DNA of 64,000 nt from NCBI RefSeq assembly GCF_004010195.1, contig NC_057751.1, forward strand, positions 1,463,167 to 1,527,166, given 5' to 3'. The notes under the pieces are model-generated. The model ran no database searches, was not told where the DNA came from, and saw only the letters and a list, made by a program, of their open reading frames with translations. This DNA is from Chiloscyllium plagiosum. Taxonomy: Eukaryota. Positions 24,141 to 37,554 of the stretch are shown piece after piece (position 1 is the stretch's first letter; every line of letters starts with the position of its first letter). Position numbers and translations under genes: made by a program.

Positions 24141-25329
24141 AAGACTGTCAGAAGGCATTTAGAGAGCGTGAAAGCTGTGTTAACCACTACCTCAGTGTGA
24201 GCCACACCTTGTTACACAAAGCCATTCAAGATGGCTATCAGTGTGAGTGATGTGAATGCCGGTGCTGTATTCCTACAAGAAGACAATGAGAAGTTACAAA
24301 GACCTATTCTGGATTATTTTCCAGAAATTATATTCCCCCTTACTTCAAGAAACTTGGTCTGCCACCAAGCACCCAATCCAGTTTGTCAATGTCCATTTGA
24401 AGTTCGACACTATCCATGTACCACTTTATAATTCTCCCAAGCTTTGTGACATTCACAAACTTGGAAATTATCCCCTGAACACCAAGGCCTCAGTCATTTC
24501 TATCGATCAGCAGCTGGCAGTGTTTCAGGACTGATCCCTGGGGAATCTCACTGCAGCCTGAGAAATAGCAATCGGGCATTCTCTTTGCTCCCTGTCTTTT
24601 TGACTATTTGGTATCCACAATGCTATTGTCCCTCTTATTCCATGACCTCCTACGTTGCTTCCAGGTCTGTTGTGTGGCACTGTTTTTTGGGTGTCTGTGT
24701 ACATCACATCAATCGAATTCCTGCCACAGAGCTTTTCTGTTCACTGTTCGATAGACGCCAACATGATCCACATTATTTTTTCTGAACAGACGCTGGCTGA
24801 ATCAACCACATCTTCCATGTCATTAAAACAGTCCCAAAGAGCAGCAGATGCTGGAGATCAGAAACAGAAACAGTAATTGCTGGAAAAACGGTTTTAATGA
24901 AGGTTCACTCGAATTGAAACATTAACTCTGTTTGTCTCTCTCCCCAGATGCTATCCAACCTGCAGCGTTTGGCCAGCAATTTCACATTAATTTGTAATTG
25001 TTGAACTCACAGCCCTTCTTGAAGAAGAAGGTAAAGTTTACAATTCTCCAGCTGGCCGGCACCTCCCCAAATCCAGGCAGATTGGAAAAGCATTGCCAGT
25101 GCCTCGACAATTTCCACTTTCCCTCCCTCCAGTATCCCGGAATGCATTCCTTCCAACATCACTGCTTTATGCAGCCAGACCTCCTCCTTCTCAATAAGAA
25201 GCCTTGCTCGTGCTTAAGTTTGGTCACCAGCTGCGTTAAAGATCAGCACAGATGCAACATTTTCACTGAACATCGTAGTGATTGGAATGAAGTCGGCCAG
25301 GGGCGGGGGAGCTCATAACATCTGCGTTC

Positions 25330-25490
25330 CCAGATTGGGGCTGTTAACCTGGTTCAATCAGGGAGCCCTGGCTGACAGTCAGGAGTGTCAGAGAGTGGAT
25401 TCACACTGAGAGCGAGGTCTGAGGGAGCTGAATCAGTGTCAAGGACTCTCCACGTGGAAATAATGAGAGTATATTGGAGATGTTTCAAAC
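25330..25490 (+). repeat. LTR-like interspersed repeat fragment
   Basis: ggggctgttaacctggttcaatcagggagccctggctgacag...gtcaaggactctccacgtggaaataa, recognised from memory as a common elasmobranch repeat. Confidence 0.4.
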
Positions 25491-27047
25491 ATGACAGCTA
25501 CTCCCCTTGCTTAATTGCCCTTTCTGGTCCCGAATTGGCCTGAATCCTTTGACTGCTGTTTGCCTGGTGATGTACGTATAGGTGACTTGCAGATTTTATT
25601 TCACATTCGCTGTTGATGTGTGGAACAGGTTGGCATCTATCGAACAGTGAACGCACTAACAGCAGCTCGATGATCCCGCTTTACTGATTGTATTTCTTTC
25701 CCTCTTTGCCCCTGGCCTTGTATTCTTCTGCCTGGTGCCCACTTGTCCTTCCTGTCTGTCAGAACCAGCCTTTATTTCTCTCCCCTGGGTCATGTAGGTA
25801 GTGCTGGCTTTGTTGTCCTGATCTTTGCTGTTTCAAGGAACATCCCTGGACTGGACTGAAATCCTCTACCCTTTGACAGCACCGACATTTCTCTCCCCAC
25901 CTCAGCGGTTTCTCCTTATTCACACTGTATATTCAGCAGTGCCACTGGATGTCTCCAGCCCGTCACCTCACTGAGTTCCCCACCACATTCCCAGGAACCA
26001 GCTCGCCCAGTGACTCCTTTCTCATTGGACTGATACTGATTGTCACATGACATTCTCCTTAGCACCACTGAGGAACCCTTCCCCTTCCCGACCATGGTCT
26101 CTGCTAAGACCTGCTCAAATCTCTCTTGAGAACACCTCTTTCCTGTTCTCATCCCTCTGTAATTTCTCTGTTCATTTGTTTGTCTCTCTCTCTCTCTCCC
26201 ACCTGTGGTTGGTCGGCACCCTTCCCCTCCCTCAGCACCAGCCCAAACATCCTGGCTTTGAGTTGCTTTCTCCAGGGCTGACAATACTCTCATTAACCTC
26301 CCCTCCTCTTTTCCCTTTGCTGTTTTTTGAGAAGGCAGGGCAGCCCAGAGTATTTAATATCCCAGAGCTCCAAGCCAGGTGTCTGTGCCCACTGTAACCC
26401 CAGTGTGTGTCTGGGACCCCTCTGTTGTGTGAAGGTTATACTGCGCAAGCCAGACTCAGACTGCATTGTCTGTTCTGTAACTCCAACCCAACAGCTTCAC
26501 CCGTTGCTCCCGATTTTCGGAAGGTTGCTTCTCCGAGTATTGGTGAACCTTTGTGCCATTTCCTAATGTTCTCTCCTGGTTGCCACATTCCCATTGGAGT
26601 TAAAACTTCCCAAAGAGCAGGAGGAAAATGCAGTGCCCTGAGTCCCAGCTCTGTACATGTGCTACCCCGGCTTGTCCAGGGGCTTATCTCTTCCTGAGCC
26701 ATTCCCAGGGACTCAGCAATCGGCACCCGCCCCTCTCTCACCCTGATTCCAGACATGCCTCCTCTTTCGATTTTGTACCCAATTGGCACTGGCCCTAATC
26801 CGGACATTACGCACTTGCTCGTTGTCTAACCCCTGACCACATGCCCCTGCTTCCGACCTCAGAGAATATTTCTGGTGGACACCATTTGCTTGAAAGTTGT
26901 ATACAGTCAATCACTTCTTCTCCTGCCAGAGGAGTAAACATGAGAGACCCTTTTGTTTGAACCAAGCAGCTGACACTAATTCTTCAAAAGCATCCTGCAA
27001 ACATTAGTGGCTGTGCGGGAGGATTCAGAAATCTTCAAATACGGCCA

Positions 27048-28210
27048 GAGAGTCATAGAGATGTACAGCGTGGAAACAGACCCTTCAGTCCAACCCATCC
27101 ATGCCGACCAGATATCCCAACCCAATCTAGTCCCACCTACCAGCTCCCGGCCCATATCCCTCCAAACCCTTCCTATTCATATACCCATCCACGTGCCTCT
27201 TAAATGCTGTAATTGTACCACTCTCCACCACTTCCTCTGGCAGCTCATTCCATACACGTACCCCTTCTGCGTGAAAAAGTTGCCCCTTAGGTCTCTTTTA
27301 TATCTTTCTCCTCTCACCCTAACCTATGCCCTCTAGTTCTGGACTCCCCCCACCCCAGGGAAAAGACTTTGCCTATTTATCCTATCCATGCCCCTCATGA
27401 TTTTATAAACCTCTGTAAGGTCACCCCTTATCCTCCGACACTCCTGGGAAAACAGCCCCAGCCTGTTCAGCCTCTCTCTGTAGCTGAAATCCTCCAACCC
27501 TGGCAACATCCTTGTAAATCTTTCCTGAATCTTTCAAGTTTCACAACATCTTTCCGATCGGAAGGAGACCAGAACTGCACACAATATTCCAACAGTGGCC
27601 TAACCAATGTCCTGTACAGCTGCAACATGACTTTCCAACTCCTGTACTCAATACTCTGACCGATAAAAGCATGTAACCCATCATCTTTTTCACTCCTCTG
27701 TCTACCAGGAATTCCATTTTGAGAAGCTATGAACCTGCACTCCAAGGTCTCTTTGTTCAGCAACACTCCCTAGCCCCAGAGGTGCAGGTTCAATTCCCGC
27801 CTCAGGCGACTGACTGTGTGGAGTTTTCACATTCTCCCCGTGTCTGCGTGGGTTTCCTCCGGTTGCTCCAATTCACCTCCTGTGCAGGTCAGGTGAATTG
27901 ACCTTGCTAATTTGCCCACAGTGTTAGGTGCAGGGGTAAATGTAAGGGAATGGGTCTGGGTGGATTGCTGGTTGGGCCGAAGGGCCTGTTTCCACACTGT
28001 AGGGAATCTAATCTAAAAAAAAATGCAGCACCTTGCATTTATCTGAATTAAACTCCATCAGCCACTTCTCAGCCCACAGGCCCATCTGATCAAGATCCTG
28101 TCGTAATCAGAGGTAACCCTCTTTGCTGTCCACTACACCTCCAATTTTGGTGTCATCTGCAAACTTACTAACTCTACCTCCTATGTTCACACCCAAATCA
28201 TTTATATAAA
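27048..28210 (-). mobile_element. CR1/HER1 LINE 3' end
   Basis: [23 protein letters not shown]; agagtcatagag tail. Confidence 0.92.
27775..28015 (+). mobile_element. 5'-truncated HE1 V-SINE nested in the CR1
   Basis: ggttcaattcccgcctcaggcgactgactgtgtggag...gggaatctaatcta. Confidence 0.85.
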
Positions 28211-28589
28211 GGACAGAAACATGCAGCATCTGTGTACCCCTTTTCTGCAATTCAGGTAGAGAGACACCCAGCTCCCTCTACAGTGACACACGACCAATCT
28301 GTTTCCCATTTAAATAGTAAGTTACCCTTATATTTTACCGGCCAAAATGGACAATCTCCCACTTATCCACATTAAACTTCATCTGCCAGATTCCGGTACA
28401 ATCCCCATGGCTCCGAGTGGATGACCACTTTTCCAAATGTAGGAATTTCAGGAGGAAATGCTGGTCTCACCAGCACTACCCACAGCCTGTGAAGGGAAAA
28501 TACCATGGCGTTCTGAGCCTGCGTTTGGAACACATCCAGCAGATACAAAGAAAGTCAGTCACATGGAGATGACATCCAGCTATAACACA

Positions 28590-31500
28590 AGACAAGTCTT
28601 TTTCAATTCATTTATTTTCATTCATCATAATCACAGCATCCTGTGCATCTCTCTCTGTTTCACATTCAAGCTCCGGTTCAACTTTAAAAAAAACCCGATG
28701 AAATGTCCTTGCGGTGGAAAATAAGTGGCCTCCAGGGGAGGTGTGGATTGTGGAGGAATTGAAAATGCCAGTTTCCCAGCGTTGAGGAAAGTGCTGCAGA
28801 GTTGGCACAGAGCAAAGGAGGAGGGAGCATGCTCAGGGAGGGTTGAGAGGGAACAACACTGGAGTTAGGGGGTTTCACTAACTGAGCCAGGCCAGCTGAT
28901 CTCAGGGCCCACCACCCTGGCCAGCTGCAGGATACAGAGTGGGTCAGAACTTCCAAGGCAAATGGCAGTCTGTTTGAAAGGATGAAGATGCAAGTAGACC
29001 CAAGCTGAATTGCTGCTTTCACGGAGGCCAGCTGACACCATGGGAACTGCCGGTCACCCAGAGAAGCCCCAGTCTGGGTGAAGGACAGCCAGCAGAATAT
29101 ACGACACGTTGCTCAACGCAAACCTGGGAGGTTCTTTTTGACACTTCCCATCACCCAAAGAAGAAAAAAAGCTGCCAGATGGCAACGTTTGCTGGGATCC
29201 AGCAGGAACAGTGCCCAAGTTCGAACCTTTCCTGGGGCCTGCCCCAAGAAGGTAAATGGTTCCAGATGTGGACATCATCCCTCTGTTTTAATCCATCAGT
29301 GTGGGTCTGCTCCCAGTTCATGCACACAGCTCTCAGCCTGAGTCAGACAAGACTCGGGTCTCCCAAAATCAGAATGCTTACCCCCGCACACAGACAGACA
29401 TGCACACGCGCACACACACACAGACACACACGCATACAGACCATTCAGCAGAAACAAGGGTGGGACCTGGTGTCTGTTCTGTGCACTGGCCGTAAACCAC
29501 AAACTCATTACACATCACGGCAAAGAAATGCCACTTGATCAACTTGATTACAGGCCTCAGGGATGCTGGCATCAATTATCAATGCAACAGATTTTTGGAA
29601 GAATACAGAGGGGAGAGAGAGCAAACAAGGAATTCTCTCGGAATGGTTCCTGAGATGGGGGTGATCTGCGTGAGGGAGAGCTTTCGGAAGCTGGGATGAT
29701 TTGCCTCAAACAGGGATGCTGGAGGGAGATTTGTTCTCGAATTCACAAGGATCACCACTTGAATACAGCAACAAAAAACGAACAGAGAGAGGGCTTGCCA
29801 GTACAGGGAGTGGATTCCTGGGAAGCACTCACTTCCAGGAGAGTTGGCAGAAGAAGCAGAGAAATGATGCCTGGGATTGGATAAAAAGCACGTGTTGCCA
29901 TGATGGAGAATTCCCTGGCAGAAGCAGCAGAAAAGAAACAGGGTAAAAAATCCTTGTGAAGGAAAATGTGTCAGCTCAAAGGAACAAGGGTGCAAGGAGA
30001 AAGAGACAGATAGACACACACACACACAGACAGGATGAACTGACTGGCCCTTTTGTTGAGGTGAGTAATTCGATGTATTACAATGGGAGAAAACATATTT
30101 GCACTGATTTGAGATGAGATTGGGAGAAATGGATTTGTTCTCAGTTTCTGACTTGGTGGATGTGAAAGAAGAAAGTTACTATGGTTATGTCTGAAAAACC
30201 CTCAGCTCTCCTGCAACCAGAGGGACATGGGGCCATTACAGTCATCCAGTGTCACCTCCACCACCAAACACCTTCCATCAGTCAGCACCTCCTCTGCTTT
30301 ACCCTAACACAGGCACTCAATCTCTCTCACACACACACACTCACTCACGTCAGAAAATTCCTTCCTAGCACCATTTGCAAAGCTATGGTAAATTTTCTAA
30401 CTTGTGACACTCCCATAGACCAAGTGTTCAGAGCCCTGGAGTGAGGGGGGACAGGATAGGGGAAAGTCCCCTGACAGAGACAGAGCTCCCTTTCCCAGGG
30501 AAGGTGAGAAATCCCTGTTCCTTGGCTGTGGGAGAGTGAAGGCAGAGTGGGTGGGAGTAAGGAGGGGGCATGTTACTCCCTTGACGAAAAACACCGGGGG
30601 CATGGTGCAGGAGGGAGCGGGAGGAGGGAGCGGGAGGAGGGAGCGGGAGGAGGGAGCGTATAGACAGACATCGCTCAGAGAGGCAAGGATAACCCAATGG
30701 GGAACTGACCCAGCTGAGGCTCTGGAGCCTGCTACTCACGGGCTATTGAAGAGAAATCCTCTGGATGTTCTTAAAGGATGCAAAAAACACAAAGGGGAAA
30801 GGCTCAAGAGGAGGGTGAAAGGTGAGAGGATGGACCAAACAGCCTGGTGCTCTGCTGAGGATCTGAAAACAACGGGAAAGCCAAGCCAGGACTGTTTAAT
30901 AACGCAGTGACTGTTAGACACATTACCTGATCAGCAAGCATCTTCAAGAGGGGGAAAAACAGCTTAACTCTGAAGCTGCCACAAACCTCAGCAAGCAGCA
31001 AGGGACCTGTCAGTCCCTGTACATGGAGCGTACTGAGGCACTCAGGCCCAGGGAGCTGGATGGCCACAGCTTCAAGGGGTCCCTCAAAAGGTGAAAATAA
31101 ACAAAGAAAATCACAAACCACATCCCTCAATGCATATTTTGCTTGGAGAAAGATGACATACAAAATCCACAGAACAAATCTCAAAGAAGAAAATGTAGAA
31201 AACTGGCAAAGATTGTGGCCAAAACCCCAGTCAACAGATCGAAGCAACGCCTGGAGGTTGGGAGGAGGGGGTTTGGGATGTGTTTGAGGCGGGGGGGAGG
31301 CTGTGCTGTGGAGAAATGACTGATGGGAGAGGTGGCATTGGCCAATCACTTGTGGTGAGGATGCTGTTGAGAAAATGGCTGACAGATTGGAATGAACAAA
31401 AAGCCTTCCCTAAAAAGGTGCAAGTCCAGGGACCAGACTATAGCTGACCCACACACATCTCCCTGCGAGACCAGGTTAGCTTTGGATATTTGACCATGAC

Positions 31501-33534
31501 AGGCATCACCCCTGAAACTATTTCCCCAGGGACCAGAAATAATTGCCTCCATCAGTGAGGTCTGGACAGATCCCTGGGTTGGACACAGACTCCATTTGCA
31601 GCTTCCTCTCCCACAAGGGATTCCCTCCTGCCATCAATAGCTGTACCTGGGAACAGAGCCACACCCGGAGGGTGGGACGGAGTGGGAGCGGTGGGTACAT
31701 CTCACCCAAATGCTCCATCCTACATCCCACACAACTTAACAATTCCCGATTGGCAGGAAGTTCAAAGCTGCACCGACAACAGCAACACGCCCCAACGTGG
31801 TTGGTGTTGAAGGCAGTCAGCAGCAGGAATGTGGTGTAGTGTTGAACGAGGGGAGAGGAGCTGAGCGAACACACTGGAATGAGCAGCCACCTCCACCCCA
31901 CCCCACTGTCCAGAAACATCTCCACAACACGGACCTGCACAGATGCTTGTTCACTCACAGCCCAACAATTTCATCAATGATTAAAAGCAAGCTTTTATAG
32001 AGGAGACCTTTAAAAATAAACTAAACACAAGGTACTATACACAAACTGTACAAGAGGAACTTTCCATTGCACATTGGCTTCTCGCAGACACCACACATCA
32101 CCTTTTGCTCAGTCACAAGGTGAGCACATACAACGATATAACATCAGCAGCGGTGAGGTCAGCCAGGCGAGATCCACATCTGCACTGTTGCCTTTTCTCT
32201 GAGCTCGTCCTCCTATTGGCCACCCCCCCCGCCCCCATCTCTGTTACATGTGCGCCACAAGGATTCAGTCACTTGCTCCGCCTGGGTACAGCTGCCCGTG
32301 ACTCCAGAGCACGTGGCTCTGGTTCCTAACCAGGGGAGCAGTTCTGTGGCTGGATCCCAGCCCAGCCTGACTCTGTCCTCCATTTGGGAATCAGGGACTG
32401 TTTGGGAGCAGGTGAAAGACCAAATCAACCCCCAATGCCCAAACAGGATCGAAATGGGGCGATGCCTGACCATGCTGAACCAGGGCAGATGTGCATCAGA
32501 CTGGTCCCAATTTCAGGTGTCTGCCTCTATTTGTGTGTATCTCTCTCTCTCCTCCTCTCCCCCCACCCCACCCACCCCCTTCGTGCGTGTGCGTGCTCCC
32601 TGATTGTGTTTCGGTCCCTACTTGGCCTGGGTTAATGAGATGGACAAGTGGAGTTGGTGGCACCCAATGTCCTTGTGGCCATGCTGATATACCCAGTGAC
32701 TGGTCCCTCTCATGACCCATTCACAGAGCCCAGTATTTCTCTGTGAACATCCAGGAGATGGGAGACCATCAGCCTCTTACTGACTTAGCACAGTGACTTG
32801 AGGAAGCACACTATGGTATTCTGGTGTGGAAGCCCCACTTTGGGGAGGTGCAGATATCCCCCTCATGTCCCAGTGACTGGGGGACCATGGTATCACAGGT
32901 CAGCCTGAGTAAAACTGCACTTCCCAACAGCAATGAAGGTGGGGCATGACTTGGAAGAAACTTGTTTCAATCTCTCCCAGGGCAGCACCTCCCCTCGGAT
33001 TCCCCGGGGAAAAAGGGCTCGCCTCCAAACAGCTTCCTCCTGAGACACTGGGAGCAACTCCACCTCAAACCTGGGCCGACTGTCAGGGAACTTGGGCCTA
33101 CTCTGATCCTGAGGAGGAGACAGAAACACAGTGACTGCAACAGTCCAGATTTGGTCATTTCAACACAAGCTCTAACCAACGTCACAATCGTTTCTGACTG
33201 TTCCCTTTTCACTTTCTTCTTCATAGTGAACATTCTTCAAGAAATCAGTCCGGACACATGTACAGAACTAACTGGGTAAGGTGGCTGTTACTTGGACAGG
33301 AGGTGGAGATCCAGTCAAACCTTCTTGGCGTGGATGTGATGATGGCTGGGGTTTGATTCCTTCTCGGTGCTCAGGTAGACGCTGAGTCTCCGTTCAGCTG
33401 ACACTCACCGCTCGCTGGCCCACATCACGAGAAACCAGTCCCCTTCACAATGACTGCTGCTTTTTATGAATATGTGGCTCAGGATCAATTTTGTTTCTTT
33501 TTTTTAAGTGCCTAAAAGCTTTATGTTGGATATC
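28590..33534 (-). other. BTRC-like: Probable non-coding terminal (3'UTR) exon of the beta-TrCP gene
   Basis: Strong acceptor (ct)n-gtctcattctcttcag before 33534. About 4.9 kb with no recognisable CR1/SINE copies. AATAAA at 28611-28616 followed by a GU-rich tract. Confidence 0.55.
28611..28616 (-). terminator. Candidate polyadenylation signal AATAAA
   Basis: tttatt on +; downstream on the minus strand lies ttgtcttgtgttat. Confidence 0.5.
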
Positions 33535-34029
33535 CTGAAGAGAATGAGACACAGAGAGAGAGAGAGAAAAAAAGAGAGAGGTGAAAACTAAAGGAGAATT
33601 GCTTATTCTTTCTGTCACGGTACAGGGAGCAGCTGAACACATCGCGGTTTGAAAAGGGCAAGGCTTCAGGCTACTTGGCCTCCCCTCGGGACCCAGCTTC
33701 TGCCTTCCCCCCAACCCCCAAACCTGGGACCCAGCTTGCCCTTCCAGTGGCCTGACTGAGATTTCCTAATGACCACAGCCTTCAAACAGTGAGTAGGTGG
33801 GACATGGACTGTCAGGACTCAGCAAATGAATAAAACAGCAGCATCCTTTGATACTTTTCGGCAAAGTAACACTTTTAAAGTGTGAATGCTTTTAAACATG
33901 ACCAATTGAAAGGGAAGGGGAATGGGGAGTAAGCAGGATGGAGGCTTAGCCATTTTGACACACAATGGTGAAGCAGGGCTGAATGGCCTGAATGTTGCTG
34001 TGTCAATGCTTTGTTTGAAGGTTTGTAAT

Positions 34030-37000
34030 AATGACAGATTCTGGGAGCGATCACACACTGACACCCGGATGGAGTGGGATCTCCGATCTCTCAGAGTGGC
34101 TACAGAACGTTCTCAAGGGAGAGGATGAGCAGCCAGAAGTTATTGTGCATGTTGGCACAAATGTCAGGGGTCGAATTAGGGATGAGGTCCTGATTACTGA
34201 CAGAGAGCGAGGAAAAAAAAAAGTTAAAACCAGGACTTTGACGGTGGTAATCTCCAGGTTACTCCCAGTGCCACATGCTCACCAGGATAAGAACAAGACA
34301 ATGTGGCAGATGAATGTGTGGCTAAAGAAAAGCTGCAGGAGGCAGGGATTCTGATTGTTAGATCATTGGGACCTTTTCTGGGGCAGCGGTGACTTGTTCA
34401 AGAGGGACGGGTTGCACCTGAACTGGAGGGGGACTAATGCCTTGGTGGCCAGGTTTGCTAATGCTACAGGGGAGGGTTTAAACTCGGTTGGCAGAGGAGT
34501 GGGACCCTCAACAGCAGGGAGGCAAGNNNNNNNNNNNNNNNNNNNNNNNNNNNNNNNNNNNNNNNNNNNNNNNNNNNNNNNNNNNNNNNNNNNNNNNNNN
34601 NNNNNNNNNNNNNNNNNNNNNNNNNNNNNNNNNNNNNNNNNNNNNNNNNNNNNNNNNNNNNNNNNNNNNNNNNNNNNNNNNNNNNNNNNNNNNNNNNNNN
34701 NNNNNNNNNNNNNNNNNNNNNNNNNNNNNNNNNNNNNNNNNNNNNNNNNNNNNNNNNNNNNNNNNNNNNNNNNNNNNNNNNNNNNNNNNNNNNNNNNNNN
34801 NNNNNNNNNNNNNNNNNNNNNNNNNNNNNNNNNNNNNNNNNNNNNNNNNNNNNNNNNNNNNNNNNNNNNNNNNNNNNNNNNNNNNNNNNNNNNNNNNNNN
34901 NNNNNNNNNNNNNNNNNNNNNNNNNNNNNNNNNNNNNNNNNNNNNNNNNNNNNNNNNNNNNNNNNNNNNNNNNNNNNNNNNNNNNNNNNNCTTGGAGTAG
35001 TTTGTTTGCAGACAAAGGGAGCTCCAGCAAGTGGGAGGCCTTTACAAGTGAGATAGCTAGAGTTCAAAGTCTATATGTTCCTATGAGGGTGAAGGGCAAG
35101 GTTGGCAGGAATAGGGACCTCTGGATGACACATTGAGGCTTTGACCAGAAACAAAGAAGGTATGGCTCATGTACAGGCAGCTGGGATCAAGGGAATCCCT
35201 GGAGGTATACAGGAAATACAGGACTTTACTGAAGTAGGAAATCAGGAGGGTGACAAGGAGGCATGAGATAGCCTTGGCTGAGAAGATGAGGGTGAATCCA
35301 AAGATGTTTTTTTAAGTATATTAAAGGAAAAAAGAAGAACTAGAGAGAGAATAGGGCCCGTCAAGGAGCCAACTGATCATGTCTGTGTAAACGTGCAGGA
35401 AATGGGTGAGGTCCTCAATGATTATTTTTCCTCTGTGTTTCCCGTGGAGAAAGACATGATGACTTGGGAACTTGGGGAAGTTAGTGGTGATATCTTGGGG
35501 ACAATCTATTTTACACGAGAGGAGGAGGTAGACGTATATGAATGTATGAAGGTAGATAAATCTCCTTGTCCTGACCAGATATATCTAAGAACACTGCAAG
35601 AGGATAGATGTAAAATTACAGGGGTCCTGGCTGATATTTGTGCGTCATTGTTAGCCATGGATGAGGTCCCAGAAGACTGGAGGGTGGCAAATGTTGTGCC
35701 CTTATTCAAGAAAAACCTGGCAACTATAGACCAATAGGCCTAACATCTGTGGTGGATAAGTTGCTTGAGAAGATTTTCAGAAATAAGATATACATGAATT
35801 TGGAAAGACAGGGTTTGATTAGGAGCAGTCAGCATGGCTTTGAGAGTAGGAGATCACACCTCACAAAATTGTTAGAGTTCTTTGATGAAGTGACCAGGAA
35901 GGTTGATGAGGGCAGGGTGGTAGACATAGTCTATATGGATTTCAGTAAGGCCTTTGATAAGGTTCCACATGGTAGGTTGCACTGGAAGGTTAGATTGCAT
36001 GGAATCCAGAGGCGGCGGCAAATTGGATACAGAGTTGGCTTGGTGATAGGAAGCAGAGGGTAACAGTGGAAGGATGTTTGTCAGACTGGAGGCCTGTGAC
36101 TAGTGGAGTGCTTCAGAGTTCCGTGCTGGGCCCATTGCTGTTTGTTATCTATATCAATGTATTGGATAAGAATGTACAAGGCATGATTAGTATGTTTGCA
36201 GATGACATCAAAATAGGCAATATCATGGACAGTGAGGTAAGTTGTCAGTAATTGCTGTAGGACTTTGATCAGCTGGGGAAGTGGGCCAAGAAATGGCAAA
36301 TGGAGTTTAATATCGATAAGTGTGAGCTGTTGCATTTGGGGACGTCAAATTAAAGTAGGAGTTACATGGTAAATGGTGAAGAAGTGCAGTAGAACAGAGG
36401 GACCATGGAGTTCAGGTTCAAAGTTCTCTCAAAGTGGAGTCCCAGGTAGACAGGGCAGTGAAGAAGGCCTTTGGCACACTAGCCTTCATCAGTCAGGGCA
36501 CTGCGTATAGACGTTGGGAAGTCATATTGCAGTTGTACAGAATGTTGGTGAGACCACACTTGGAGTATTGTGTTCAGTTTTGGTCACCTTGCTGTAGGAA
36601 GGATGTTATTAAACTGGAAAGAGTGCAGAAGAAATTTATAAGGATGTTGCAATGGTCTGAGTTACAGGGAGAGGTTGGACAGGCCAGGACATCTTTCTTT
36701 AGAGCGTAGGAGACTGGGGAGGTGGGGGGGGGGGTAGAGAGGGGGTGGGGAGGACACCTTTGGAGGTGTATAAGATCATGAGAGGCATGGATGGGGTGAA
36801 TGCACTCAGTCTTTTTCCCAGGGATGGGGAATCGAGGACCAGAGGGCATCATTTTAAGGTAAAAGGGGAAAGAATAAAAGGGAACCTGAGGGGCGACATT
36901 TTTACATAGAGGGCTGCCAGAAGAAGTGGTTGTGGGAGGTACATTCACAATATTTAAAAAGGATTTGGACAAATACATGGACAGTAAAGGATTAGAGGGA

Positions 37001-37085
37001 TATGGGTTGAGTGCAGGAAAATGGGGTTAGCATATATGGACACTTGGGGCTGAAGGGCCTGTCTCCATGCTGTAACACTCTGACT
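34030..37085 (+). mobile_element. Near full-length CR1 LINE (ORF1 SGNH-esterase remnant plus ORF2 RT), antisense in the beta-TrCP 3'UTR intron
   Basis: ORF1 VIVHVGTN...RDGLHLN; ORF2 [33 protein letters not shown]. Disrupted and spans an N gap. Confidence 0.92.
34527..34990. other. Assembly gap
   Basis: Run of N. Confidence 0.99.
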
Positions 37086-37392
37086 TTAAGAGAGTTGGAT
37101 TCAGTGAGTGCTCCTGTTCAATGACTGACCATTCGGGTAAACTCTTTGTCCCAGAGAGCACAGTTTATCCCTGATTGTCAATCTAACTGCCCAGGTAAGA
37201 GGTGACAGGACCGACCTTGTGAAAAGGAAACACTTCATGGCTGGATTCTGCTCGATTTGTTGGGATCACTGATTCTGCGTTGTCCCTGGAATGAAGGGAC
37301 TCGAACATCCCTTCCTGGAAAGGACAGACAGTCCAGCAGAGTCAGGGGAAGGATTGCTTACCGTGATAGTTCTGACGATGGGTAGGCTGCAC

Positions 37393-37554
37393 CTATCTGG
37401 AAACATAGGTGTATGTGCGGGGTGCTGACTGTGTTCCATCACCTTGTTCCAAGGGCACATTGAGAAAATCCCAGATCAAAATGGTGTCGTCATGTGAACT
37501 ACTCACAATCTGGAACTCGTCAAACTGCAGTCGGAAAACTCTCCCGGAATGCTC
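37393..37554 (-). CDS. BTRC-like: beta-TrCP last coding exon (exon continues to 37362)
   Basis: [53 protein letters not shown]; donor CG|gtaagc 31 nt after the stop. Confidence 0.94.
   Translation of the reverse strand, partial: EHSGRVFRLQFDEFQIVSSSHDDTILIWDFLNVPLEQGDGTQSAPRTYTYVSR

Larger units (their letters stand above)
19740..24330 (+). mobile_element. Decayed Gmr1-like Gypsy LTR retrotransposon (LTR-PBS-gag-PR-IN-[RT deleted]-RNase H)
   Basis: LTR end ...gtaaca near 20917 followed by a tgggggc PBS-like site. Gag remnants LPKFDEKDVEAFF, VPEAFRQCFR, LEEFKN and a CYHCSK knuckle. Integrase H-H-CC (HDLPGGAHL...CWTCHDCQ). KPFKMAISVSDVNAGAVFLQED RNase H remnant. Many frameshifts; LTR 5' boundary approximate. 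Confidence 0.82.

Noticed and set aside
34355-35067. Long ORFs spanning N runs (also 8426-8981)
   Set aside because: Artefacts of assembly gaps.
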